Source: Balanoglossus misakiensis (taxonomy: Eukaryota > Animalia > Hemichordata). Taken from it: 64,000 bases of DNA. This document shows, in pieces, positions 43,101 through 50,493 of this stretch (position 1 is the stretch's first letter; each line of letters begins with the position of its first letter). Below the pieces are notes generated by a model. That model worked only from the letters and a program-made list of their open reading frames with translations. It did no database searches and was not told where the DNA came from. The stretch covers positions 3,642,303 through 3,706,302 of the forward strand of contig CM082582.2 in the NCBI GenBank assembly GCA_040954595.2, given 5' to 3'. The position numbers were made by a program, and so were the translations under genes.

Positions 43101-44741
43101 ACACCACAACATAATCAATTGGTACGTGGTTTATGCAAAGTGGTTCTGTGGGAATTACATGTACCAGTATGTACGCAAATTTCCGTCCAAGTACCAGGTA
43201 GAATCATGACGTCACCACTGTCCCACACTACAAAATATTCATCACAACCTGAACAACCTTTTTCCTTTTTCTGGCACCTTTACACAAATTGTCTATGCTC
43301 AACCAAGTGTACATATAGTTTCTAAAAAATGCACTTCAGGTTACAATGGCTGTTACTTAACCACACACAAAAAGAACGGTCAATGTCAAAAGTAAAGTAA
43401 CTAAAGCACATTAATTTGCAACAAAAGCACTGATGTACAATGAACTTCAAAGGGAACTGTGTATCACTGAAGCAAATGGCCGTAATTAACTTCAACATTA
43501 GCAGCAATAATTGCAGCCTTGGTGGGCTGTTTGGGTGGCTGGATCCTGTAGCTGGCATGGTGTTTCATGCGGCTCGCACTAGGCCCAACCAAACCCACAA
43601 AGGCTACAATTACTGCATATACTTTAACATGTAGCAGGATCAAACCCTTTTTATAGTTTCTCTCAGCAAATTCCCCCATGTATATGAAAAGAGGTTACAA
43701 TGTCAAATATGACAGAATTATCAAAGCCTCGGAACTGATGGAAAGGGGTAGCAAACATCACAATGAAACTGAAAGCACAGCTGCCTTCTATCATGGCAAT
43801 AATTCTACTTTACTCCAGGTGTTGAGCTAAATAAGATTCCCCAGAAGAACAGAGAAGTGAGAGAACACTCCACAATCATGGAAGTGATCTGTCATATAAA
43901 CAAATTCCATTTTCTGTCCCACTTACCGGTGAAATGCACTGTAAACTGTATGACAATGTATCACGTATACACTCCTAGTGCATGTAGTCCTAATGATCCT
44001 ACAGTACCTAGAATCCAACAACTTAACATTCGCCGTTTCCAAAACAACAACAACAACAACACTCTAGACTCAGCTGTGAAATATTTAACCCCGATCACCA
44101 ATGCAATAGGTGTGAATTTGATCCACTGGTGAACACTAAAGGTAACTCTTATGTAAATTTGATCATGTGGAAATAAACATTGTTCACACGTTGTAAATGT
44201 AATGACATGTAAATAAGTCAATTAATTAAATTAGCATGCATTCAGCCCGAAGCAGGGGGGCAAGTTCAAAAAGTCACACAGGTGACGGCCGGCGATCAGA
44301 AGGGTGCGCCGATCCATGGTCACTCCACCAAAAACACACGCCCGACTGTCGTCACAAGTTCTCGGCATATGCTCAGACAGCAGGTCAAAGGGTACAAGTA
44401 CGGAGGCCGAATATTGGACATGAATCATGATCACCAAAACAAACATCACAACAACGAAACACGTGTACAGACAAAACACGATCAGCAATCATGTTGTAAT
44501 ACAGCCATGGTGTTACATTGAAATCCTACTGAACATCGTGATCATCCCCAAACCATGCCATGAATATTTAACTTATCTTCTTACAGTGCTAAGTGTATGA
44601 CTGGAACATGTAGATATGTGAGAGATGTAGGCCTAGTCCTGTACTCAGGTCACGATATACTTATTGGGTAATGCTAAAACTTACTTGTTCTGTCTTGTCT
44701 TCCGTTGTTTTTTTCTTGCGGTCATCCCTTTTAGATGCCAT
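1049..44741 (-). CDS. PLEKHG4: Multi-exon RhoGEF gene, PLEKHG4/PLEKHG4B/ARHGEF40 (puratrophin-1/Solo) family; 3' end (PH domain) continues beyond base 1
   Basis: Exons join in frame with GT-AG sites: family N-terminus ([13 protein letters not shown]..., EGWPICF...GDFYFQL), Sec14-like region ([11 protein letters not shown]...LSIVVDAR...[18 protein letters not shown]), spectrin-like repeats, DH domain ([10 protein letters not shown]...[11 protein letters not shown]...[15 protein letters not shown]...[12 protein letters not shown]). The exact vertebrate paralog cannot be assigned. Confidence 0.9.
1816..2046 (-). CDS. PLEKHG4: RhoGEF exon, DH domain ([15 protein letters not shown]...[18 protein letters not shown]...LQ)
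   Basis: tatag acceptor, gtaagg donor, 231 nt; DH CR3 motif. Confidence 0.93.
2435..2608 (-). CDS. PLEKHG4: RhoGEF exon, DH domain (NYFPEM...[11 protein letters not shown]...CFLKY)
   Basis: ctcag acceptor, gtaagt donor, 174 nt; DH CR2 motif FGN. Confidence 0.93.
3112..3303 (-). CDS. PLEKHG4: RhoGEF exon, start of DH domain (EAWSPK...[18 protein letters not shown])
   Basis: tacag acceptor, gtaata donor, 192 nt; DH CR1 motif ExxxTExxYV. Confidence 0.92.
3565..3627 (-). CDS. Candidate small RhoGEF exon ([21 protein letters not shown])
   Basis: gccag acceptor, gtctgt donor, 63 nt, phase 0/0; frame-preserving but no homology support. Confidence 0.4.
3955..4749 (-). CDS. PLEKHG4: RhoGEF large exon ([12 protein letters not shown]... 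coiled coil plus acidic/Ser-rich linker)
   Basis: gttag acceptor, gttcgt donor, 795 nt open frame (ORF 3946..4731), phase 0/0. Confidence 0.85.
5151..5342 (-). CDS. PLEKHG4: RhoGEF exon, spectrin-like ([10 protein letters not shown]...YTQLSQ)
   Basis: catag acceptor, gtgagt donor, 192 nt. Confidence 0.87.
5616..5738 (-). CDS. PLEKHG4: RhoGEF exon, spectrin-like ([10 protein letters not shown]...FYFNAM)
   Basis: accag acceptor, gtgagt donor, 123 nt; W...G...L...DIGD spectrin-repeat pattern. Confidence 0.88.
5884..6075. mobile_element. MITE family C (TTAA-AGGTATAC.GTCACC termini; Kolobok-like)
   Basis: TIR AGGTATACAGTCACC / GGTGACCATATACCT with TTAA TSD; homologs at 63511-63692 (inverted) and ~57910-58123. 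Confidence 0.8.
6145..6283 (-). CDS. PLEKHG4: RhoGEF exon, spectrin-like ([13 protein letters not shown]...FEEQSMK)
   Basis: tttcag acceptor, gtaagt donor, phase 2/0. Confidence 0.87.
6487..6579. mobile_element. MITE family B (~90 bp, TTAA-CCCTTTCACC...GGTGAAAGGG-TTAA; piggyBac-like)
   Basis: TTAA TSD, CCCT termini; about 11 copies: ~5800-5887, 6487-6579, 9549-9621, ~17244-17335 (inverted), ~19725-19812, 22366-22458, 29939-30031, 31102-31179, 31207-31300, ~39918-40009, ~52565-52650. Confidence 0.85.
7873..8012 (-). CDS. Candidate internal alternative first exon of the RhoGEF ([18 protein letters not shown]...DKQK-R)
   Basis: ATG at 8012, 140 nt open, AG|gtgagt donor in phase 2, matching the phase-2 acceptor at 6283. 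Confidence 0.5.
9807..9990. mobile_element. Tc1/mariner (pogo/Tigger-like) MITE
   Basis: TA-CAGTCAAACCTATCTAAAC ... GTTTAGACAGGTTTTGCTG imperfect TIR. Confidence 0.6.
10021..10268 (-). CDS. PLEKHG4: RhoGEF exon, helical/spectrin-like (KLEPFMGGC...EGDAILSRL...EDFR)
   Basis: ttcaag acceptor, gtgaga donor, phase 0/2. Confidence 0.85.
10321..10491. repeat. Compound microsatellite (GAGT)n/(GT)n and (ATGG)n
   Basis: Direct reading; it produces the low-complexity HPSI/HT ORF translations. Confidence 0.95.
10692..10808 (-). CDS. PLEKHG4: RhoGEF exon, end of Sec14-like region ([14 protein letters not shown]...[22 protein letters not shown])
   Basis: gacag acceptor, gtaagt donor, 117 nt; QLT-xx-F-GT-x-xY-H-xx-W motif. 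Confidence 0.9.
11737..11841 (-). CDS. PLEKHG4: RhoGEF exon, Sec14-like ([14 protein letters not shown]...VNFK)
   Basis: ttttttcag acceptor, gttagt donor, 105 nt open, phase 0/0. Confidence 0.8.
12374..12473 (-). CDS. PLEKHG4: RhoGEF exon, Sec14-like ([16 protein letters not shown]...LFLFE)
   Basis: gacag acceptor, gtaaga donor, phase 2/0. Confidence 0.88.
12850..12973 (-). CDS. PLEKHG4: RhoGEF exon, Sec14/CRAL-TRIO-like ([10 protein letters not shown]...YYNDIPR)
   Basis: tttcag acceptor, gtacat donor, phase 1/2; GxRDxRG motif of Trio/Dbs/PLEKHG4 Sec14 regions. Confidence 0.88.
13464..13637. mobile_element. TTAA-flanked MITE (Kolobok-like)
   Basis: TTAA-AGTCTGCCGCACAC ... GTGTGCGGCAGCC-TTAA. 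Confidence 0.65.
13658..13828 (-). CDS. PLEKHG4: RhoGEF exon leading into the Sec14-like region (EDEIVKKPW...TGAAILS)
   Basis: tttttag acceptor, gtatgc donor, 171 nt, phase 1/1. Confidence 0.82.
14800..14872 (-). CDS. Candidate RhoGEF exon ([24 protein letters not shown])
   Basis: tatag acceptor, gtctgt donor, phase 0/1; together with 17901-17953 it preserves the frame (126 nt). Confidence 0.3.
15574..15750. mobile_element. MITE family A, diverged inverted copy
   Basis: Shares GAGGCAACTGTT and ATTAATTTTCGCG cores with the other copies. Confidence 0.6.
17901..17953 (-). CDS. Candidate RhoGEF exon ([18 protein letters not shown])
   Basis: Good ttgcag acceptor in phase 1, giving S-E-YVSIIE, reminiscent of ARHGEF40 EGEYVELLE; donor (gtggaa) weak, 3' boundary uncertain. 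Confidence 0.35.
18270..18774 (-). CDS. PLEKHG4: RhoGEF exon, N-terminal domain ([20 protein letters not shown]...NTLKS)
   Basis: gaccag acceptor, gtgaga donor, 505 nt, phase 0/1; EGWP-C, GDFY and F-T-EWLQ motifs shared with ARHGEF40/PLEKHG4B. Confidence 0.88.
21390..21780 (+). mobile_element. Decayed Penelope-like retroelement 3' end (GIY-YIG C-terminus remnant plus pLTR)
   Basis: Remnant peptide [25 protein letters not shown] resembles Penelope GIY-YIG tails (E.W.I...N...G.LP.VY); followed by the hammerhead. Confidence 0.45.
21686..21735 (+). ncRNA. Minimal type I hammerhead ribozyme (Penelope-associated), degenerate
   Basis: Stem I CTTTATTC/GAATAAAG (8 bp perfect), core CTGACAA-A, stem II GGTC..GACC, GAAAC-ATT; two CG>CA changes from the CTGACGA / GAAACGTT consensus. 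Confidence 0.65.
22366..22458. mobile_element. MITE family B copy
   Basis: Near-consensus copy. Confidence 0.85.
24134..24334 (-). CDS. PLEKHG4: RhoGEF exon, family N-terminal domain ([21 protein letters not shown]...LREEAK)
   Basis: ttgcag acceptor, gtgggt donor, 201 nt, phase 0/0; resembles the ARHGEF40 N-terminus (VQSTLAALYPPFEATAP). Confidence 0.9.
27347..28338. mobile_element. 992-bp non-autonomous DNA transposon, 5-bp TSD ATGTA
   Basis: TIR CAGGCAAGGCAAAGGGGGGGTAATTA / TAATTACCCCCCCTTTGCCCTGCCTG; ATGTA at 27342-46 and 28339-43; CpG-rich interior. Confidence 0.8.
28440..28610 (-). mobile_element. Possible CR1/L2 LINE 3' remnant
   Basis: Peptide [15 protein letters not shown] resembles LINE ORF2 C-termini (SL..FK..LK..L). 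Confidence 0.3.
29939..30031. mobile_element. MITE family B copy
   Basis: TTAA at both ends, TIRs intact. Confidence 0.85.
30363..30557. mobile_element. MITE family A, intact copy
   Basis: TACTGTAAAACGGGTTATTTTCG ... CGAAAATAACCTGTTTTACAGTA. Confidence 0.8.
31102..31300. mobile_element. Two adjacent MITE family B copies (31102-31179, 31207-31300)
   Basis: Each is flanked by TTAA; same orientation. Confidence 0.85.
31420..31680 (-). mobile_element. Possible CR1/L2 reverse-transcriptase remnant
   Basis: [10 protein letters not shown]...LLLVAKDLL...VSVFFNMAA resembles RT QSGFR..HST..ALL.V..D....V..D...AF. Confidence 0.4.
35651..35722 (-). CDS. Candidate alternative 5' exon encoding a hydrophobic anchor ([24 protein letters not shown])
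   Basis: ATG at 35722, AAG|gtgagt donor, phase 0 matches 24334. Confidence 0.5.
38058..38170. repeat. Dispersed repeat pair (38058-38170 and ~18865-19010)
   Basis: Shared AATGACCTAGTCCCC..TGAT and AATATGGC.CTGACA...TTTCTAA.GAG.ATTTG....GTGGTAC. Confidence 0.6.
39160..39192 (-). CDS. Candidate alternative first exon ([11 protein letters not shown])
   Basis: ATG at 39192, AAG|gtgagg donor, phase 0. Confidence 0.4.
40549..40597. mobile_element. 49-bp TAG...CTA hairpin mini-element (Academ-like termini)
   Basis: TAGCCTAGTATCCAGCC / GGCTAGATACTAGGCTA; flanked by near-direct GGTTCACCT(T)AA. Confidence 0.6.
41304..41324 (-). CDS. Candidate alternative first exon (MGKVIVK)
   Basis: ATG at 41324, AAG|gtgagt donor, phase 0. 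Confidence 0.35.
44685..44741 (-). CDS. PLEKHG4: RhoGEF probable first coding exon ([19 protein letters not shown])
   Basis: ATG in AAG-ATG-G context at 44741, GTAAGT donor after 44685, phase 0 matches the 24334 acceptor; lies just downstream of a CpG-rich promoter-like region. Confidence 0.6.
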
Positions 44742-44849
44742 CTTTGTTGCGTGAGTTACCCTTAGGAATTCAAGTGTTCCAGTAGTTGTTCATCCACAGA
44801 AAACCGTCTGCATCTACTGTGAGTTCACGTTGTTATATCGCAACCAGCA

Positions 44850-45020
44850 GTCGACCCCATCGCCATTTTATTTCCTGTAGCAGACTACGCAAGCGCAGTT
44901 ACGTTCATTCACGTGATGTCCTCTCGCTAGAGTGTAGCGCCAGCAGCGGGAGAAAGGGGGCAGGGTAGACTATTCGCTGAACACTGCGTCTCACGTGACT
45001 TGGCAAAAAGACGCGTCACG
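44850..45020 (-). promoter_or_regulatory. CpG-rich promoter-like region of the RhoGEF gene
   Basis: YY1-type AAAATGGCG on the minus strand (~44861-44869), two TCACGTGA E-boxes (~44909, ~44990), high CpG density relative to the introns. Confidence 0.5.
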
Positions 45021-45053
45021 AAGATAGTTAAATAATAACACATGATAGCGAGG

Positions 45054-45510
45054 GCAATATCACGATTTGAAGCCTGCCCTCGGGCTGGTAGTCTAGAATC
45101 TATCCGTTCGTAGTCGCATTCACCCTACTACCGTCTAGGAACGCAGAACCAAAATCTAGTAAGGCCATAAAAATGGTAATTTGAATGTGAATAGTCTCCA
45201 ACTGAGCAGTCTGACGTCAGAGAAGTCAATCACTTACGTTGACCGACTACTGATTGGCCGTGAGGTGATGACGTTGAATGTTAATTATGTTTACAATGTA
45301 GCTCCGCCCCGAATGATACATAATCATGATCACGTGGTGACGCTTGACGTCAGATTGCTCAGTTGGAGACTATTCACATTCAAATTACCATTTTTATGGC
45401 CTTACTAGATTTTGGTTCTGCGTTCCTAGACGGTAGTAGGGTGAATGCGACTACGAACGGATAGATTCTAGACTACCAGCCCGAGGGCAGGCTTCAAATC
45501 GTGATGTTGC
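45054..45510. repeat. Long inverted repeat (arms ~165 bp: 45054-45219 / 45346-45510), probably nested MITEs
   Basis: Arms are reverse complements with only 2 mismatches seen; weaker similarity extends to ~45030/45533. Confidence 0.9.
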
Positions 45511-46217
45511 TGGAGCATAATGTGTTATTAATTTTATTACGCCGAACATTTGAACGTACATACACTGCAGCATGTAGCATGTAGACTCGCGTCCATATGT
45601 CGTACGTTGCTGAGAATGTAAAATGTCTCGATCTCCCAAGAATTATACGATACCTACTTCGAACTTAGATTATTTTGAAAAAACTGCGCTGTTGGTTGCG
45701 ATTTTGGTGTATTTACTGCCCGTTTGCAGTAAAATATCATCCAGTTGAACAGGTGTTAAGCCTGTGTGTCGCTTTAAAGCCATATAGATGCGGGAGTTGA
45801 CTGATCGTGAAGGAAGCCATTGAACGACAGTTTGGAACGCGCAGAAGTCGCGCGCAGAACACCAAAACAACCCAGCGGGCAATATCAGCGCACGCGACAG
45901 GGCTTTATCAACTCTAGCCATGTTATATCACTTTTTTTTCTATATCACGTGAGCTCGTCTCAGCCAATCACGAAAACGGTATAATACGTGAGGTGTAATA
46001 AACGCAGATAAACGCCGACCGCCATTTTGAAAAGTGTTATTTTTTTGACACTTTCCCGGAAGTGGCTAATGCGCATGTAGTTGTATTGATTTTAGCTTCA
46101 CTTCCATCATAAACTGTTGTTTTTTTAAAAATATGTATATTCGGGAAGAGTAAAAATGAATGTCAAGAAACGCGACAGATTGAATGTAGCCCGGAAGTTA
46201 TAGAACGTTCATTTATT

Positions 46218-46809
46218 AGAGAGGTTTAGTTACACGTAAATACGTTCGATCAGTACGCGTAGCGTCATTGTCACGTGATAAGCAGAGGTCGCGTACGCGT
46301 AGAACAGACGTTCGGAACGGCAAGCGACGCTTCTACGCGTAATCATGATTACGTGTAACATTTTTTCGGAATTCCTCTATATTCTCTCTTTAATTTGAAC
46401 GATTGATCTCTGAAGTGCAATTGTGATGTAGCCAGCATCCATGTTATCTAAAAAAATTCTGCCATATGTGCTAAAACCGGCGCTATTTGGTGTTTTCAAA
46501 ACATAAACACAACAATTTATTCCCAAACTACGTTTTCAGTGGACGCCTCGACAAAGACATCGAAAAACTTCACTAAACCATATTTCCACTGCAGTCAAGA
46601 AACTTATTGCAAGGGTGGTGATCATAGAGAATATTCATCACACACAAAATTTATTGAAGTGAAAAATATTTGAATTTTCTATTGTTTTTAAATATTTTTG
46701 TTATTCAAAACGGACAACTAAACCGCAAAATTCACGCGTCGCTACGCATACGCGAACGCCACTGCCTGCCGTCAGACGTACGCGTATTTACGTGTAACTA
46801 AACCTCTCT
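46218..46809. mobile_element. 592-bp MITE, 3-bp TSD ATT (PIF/Harbinger-like)
   Basis: TIR AGAGAGGTTTAGTTACACGTAAATACG perfect at both ends; ATT flanks. Confidence 0.85.
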
Positions 46810-46958
46810 ATTAGCCAATCAGATTCCAAAATTCTAAATATGGCGGTTTGTGTTTACCTGCCTCTTTGGTGTTTGTCACCGAGGCAGGGTACCAGCCAAG
46901 GTAGACTAGTCCTCTCGCCTGAACTGCACATGTGCGAGTTTTCTGTTTACAAACAACT

Positions 46959-47172
46959 TAGTCTGGTCCCCTGCCCCACCCCCACCGCTGGCTGCGCTCG
47001 CGCTCAACCAGCATCGGTCGTGATTGGGCCCTGATGGGACAGGGGACCAGACAATCTGATTAAAATCAGATGTAGGGAACGGCGACGTAGTTTTTTTTTA
47101 TGAGGCGACAGCATAAAAAAAACACGTCGCCGTTCCCTACATCTGATATTAATCAGATTGGGGACCAGACTA
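46959..47172. mobile_element. 214-bp TAG...CTA element with 9-bp TSD CAAACAACT (AcademH-like)
   Basis: TAGTCTGGTCCC / GGGACCAGACTA; TSD at 46950-58 and 47173-81; internal hairpin 47052-47160 has a relative at ~4830-4925. Confidence 0.85.
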
Positions 47173-47504
47173 CAAACAACTTTGACACAATTTAGCTTGC
47201 TTTCATTGTATTATAAAGTAAAGTTGGGTGAAGACGGATATATCAAAACATTGTAGACTATAGTCTAGTCAATATAGGGCTAGACCCACCACAAATTGCA
47301 ACAGAATTTTTTTCTTCGGAATATATTTTGGAGAGGTGTCTAGAACAACATATTAAAAATGCATCCGAAAATAATAGTCCTTCAAATCTTTCAATTCTTT
47401 GCCCAGGTCACTTACCATTGCGTTCTCTTGGAGATTTCCTTATGGGCAGGAAGCTGGGATTCATTGAGCGCGATGATTCGTTTAGAAGGAACACTGAGAT
47501 CGTG

Positions 47505-48775
47505 TATGGAGTGTAATTCATGCCAAAATTAGCACCAAGCTTTTCGATGAGAGCACCCGCTTTTCGATGAGAGTACGTCAGCTTTTCGATGAGAGTATTC
47601 ACTTTTCCATCAGAGCACACAGCTTTTCGATTAGAGTATTCACTTTTCGATAAGAACACCCTCTTTTCGATTAAAGAGCGCCCCTCTTTTCGATGAGAGA
47701 ACCACAGCTTTTCGATTAGAGTATTCACTTTTCGAAATTTCTTTATTATCTTAATTGCAATTCATGCCTCCCCGCCTTGTGGTATTTAAGGAAATAGTGT
47801 CAGTTGCTACCGCATTTTGAGGTTTCGATCTTTTGTGGTTTCGTTGTGCGCGCGCGTATATTCACTGTAGCAGTTTGGCATGAATCGTTTGCGCGAAGAA
47901 AATAAAATTCTAAAAGAAAAAAAAAACAGTTGAAAAATCGCTAAAAGTTAGCCACGAGCGGTTCTAAAATAAACTTCCATAACAACATGTATACTTGACG
48001 CGTTCCAGTCAAAGCAGACCTAAAATGTATCAATTTTTAAGCATTTAACCCATTCAAAATATTCAAATTAGAAAAAGACGCATATGCATTCTTGGCGTCC
48101 CCAGAGACACACGAACGCAAGTGCGGCCCGGACACAAGATGAAAGAGATGATAGGGGGGGGGGGGGGGTCGGCAACGGTCCACTTTGTGCAGTGAACTCA
48201 CGTTGATCTTTGCAAAATAAATGACGTTATTTTCTTGTAAAATCCAACCCGTGCATTTGATCACTGGGCTACGTCCACCACGCGACAGCAAACAAATTGG
48301 GCGTCCACACTGTCAAAGTTTCAAAACTTTAAACTTCCGGGTCACCGCTATAAGACCCCCTAAGCCCACCCCAGTAGACCTGACATACTCTCATCGAAAA
48401 GCTTTAGCGCTCTGATAGAAAAGCTGGGTGTTCTCATCGAAAAGCTAGGTGCTCTTATCAATAAGCGGGCGCCCTCATCGTAAAGTGGGGGTGGTAACTC
48501 TGATCGAAAAGCTGTGTGCTCTGATGGAAAAGTGAATACTCTGATCGAAAAGCGCGAATACTCTGATGGAAAAGTGAATACTCTGATCGAAAAGCGCGAA
48601 TACTCTGATCGAAAAGCTGTGTGCTCTGATCGAAAAGTGAATACTCTGATCGAAAAGCTGTGTGCTCTGATGGAAAAGTGAATACTCTCATCGAAAAGCG
48701 CAAATACTCTCATCGAAAAGTGAATACTCTCATCGAAAAGCTGTGTGCTAATTTTGGCATGAATTACACTCCATA
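47505..48775. mobile_element. 1271-bp foldback-type non-autonomous element with subterminal ~20-bp tandem repeats
   Basis: 31-bp TIR TATGGAGTGTAATTCATGCCAAAATTAGCAC; TSD GATCGTG (7 bp, or AGATCGTGT 9 bp if the termini are ATGG); repeats like CTTTTCGATGAGAGTATTCA at 47539-47734 and inverted at ~48385-48747. Confidence 0.9.
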
Positions 48776-49841
48776 GATCGTGTCTGATTGTTTCTTGTAC
48801 AAAAACTGTAGATGGAAGCTCGTGAAGGATATGGCAGAGAAGAGGAAAAACCCAAACAGGAAATGACAACGGGAAAGGATAATGGTGAAATGAAGAAAGA
48901 CAACACAAATACACTCCCTCTACGGGATAATGCTGAAACGAGAGAAGCAACAACAAACAAACTGAGGAGGTGGCTGCAACAACAGCAACAGAAACGAGAC
49001 GAAAGCAGCAACGCTTACTGTGACTGAAAATGTTGTCATGGAAACAAATAACTGCCAGATAAAAGATCAGAAATTAGAGAGCAATATTTCCAATTCTGAT
49101 GAAAAAAGAGACAAATATATCCCAGAGTGACTTTTTTCAGGAATTTGTGAAATAGTTTGGCCAGTTCATCCATACATGACCAAATTCGTCCTCTGTATGT
49201 ATCTAACAATTTAGACAAATGCTTCCTTCTGACTGGATGTAACATGGAACTTTTTTGAAAAAATGTAATAAAACCTACAGAAAGATTTTTTACATTACAA
49301 AACTTTGATTATCTTGATTGTTTAGTATCAGACCCAAAAACCATGTGTTGGCCCCCACCAGGTGGAACCCTAGCTCTGCGTACAGGTCTGTGTGTTCCCG
49401 GCGTTACACGTGTAACGCCGGGAACACACGAAACGACGAAATCATTATTAAAATAGGGGCCAGTCATCAAGACGGTGGCGTATGATTTTTTTAAAAGTTT
49501 CCAAATAAGTTCCTGGTCTGCGGCCTGGTACTAGTGGTTGCGCGCCAAAAAAGAATCCCGCCCCAAAAGGTCAATGTACGAGTATATTCACAGGGCTAAG
49601 GATTAGTTGAAACAAAGCAGTAGTGTCCGTAAGCTTTCGAGAGTCAAACACTGATGGGGGGTAAGAGTAGTAGTTATATATAGAAACACATGTAACTCAC
49701 ACAACACAGTATCATTGTCGAAATTTCTTTATTATCTTAATTGCAATTCATGCCTCCCCGCCTTGTGGTATTTAAGGAAATAGTGACAGTTGCTGCCGCA
49801 TTTTGAGGTTTCGATCTGTTGTGGTTTCGTTGTGCGCGCGC

Positions 49842-50435
49842 GTATATTCACTGTGTATATGTAGCAGTTTGGCATGAATCGTTTGAGCGCACACGACGTC
49901 GACTCTACCACTACATAGTACCAGGCCGCAGACCAGGAACTGGCGACCCGCCGTTTGTTTCCAACGCCAAATTTGATTCTAAGATTCGAGAAAACAATTT
50001 ATCTGACCTGTAGTTTTCTTGGCTCGCTTACGTTTTAATTTGGAAACTTTTAAAAAAATCATACGCCACCGTCTTGATGACTGGCCCCTATTTTAATAAT
50101 GGTTTCGTCGTTTCGCTGTTTCGTTGTTTCGCAAAGTATACTTTGCGAAACAACGAAACAGCGAAACGACGAAACCATTATTAAAATAGGGGCCAGTCAT
50201 CAAGACGGTGGCGTAATTTTTTTTAAAGTTTCCAAATTAAAACGTAAGCGAGCCAAGAAAACTACAGGTCAGATAAATTGTTTTCTCGGAAATTCAACAT
50301 TAGAATTTGGCGTTGGAAACAAACGGCGGGTCGCCAGTTCCTGGTCTGCGGCCTGGTACTATGTAGTGGTAGAGTCGACGTCGTGTGCGCGCAAACGATT
50401 CATGCCAAACTGCTACATATACACAGTGAATATAC
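49842..50435. repeat. 594-bp spacer-less palindrome centred at 50138/50139 (GCAAAGTA|TACTTTGC)
   Basis: Arms are reverse complements except a ~25-bp divergent patch and a few substitutions/indels. Confidence 0.92.
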
Positions 50436-50493
50436 TGTGTATGTGGTGGAGGCCGTGTAACGCCGGGAACACACAGACCTGTACGCAGAGCTA

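Noticed and set aside
45930-46200. E-box, CCAAT, YY1 and STAT/ETS (TTCCCGGAAGT) motif cluster as a defined promoter
   Set aside because: Sandwiched between transposons and possibly itself TE-derived; it cannot be assigned to a gene from sequence alone.
47408-48956. Repetitive ORFs (FRSEYS / LIEK repeats)
   Set aside because: Translations of the foldback subterminal repeats.
48812-49027. 71-aa charged ORF (MEAREGYG...QQQQQ) as a stand-alone gene
   Set aside because: Low complexity, no homology recognised, no supported upstream exon in this frame.
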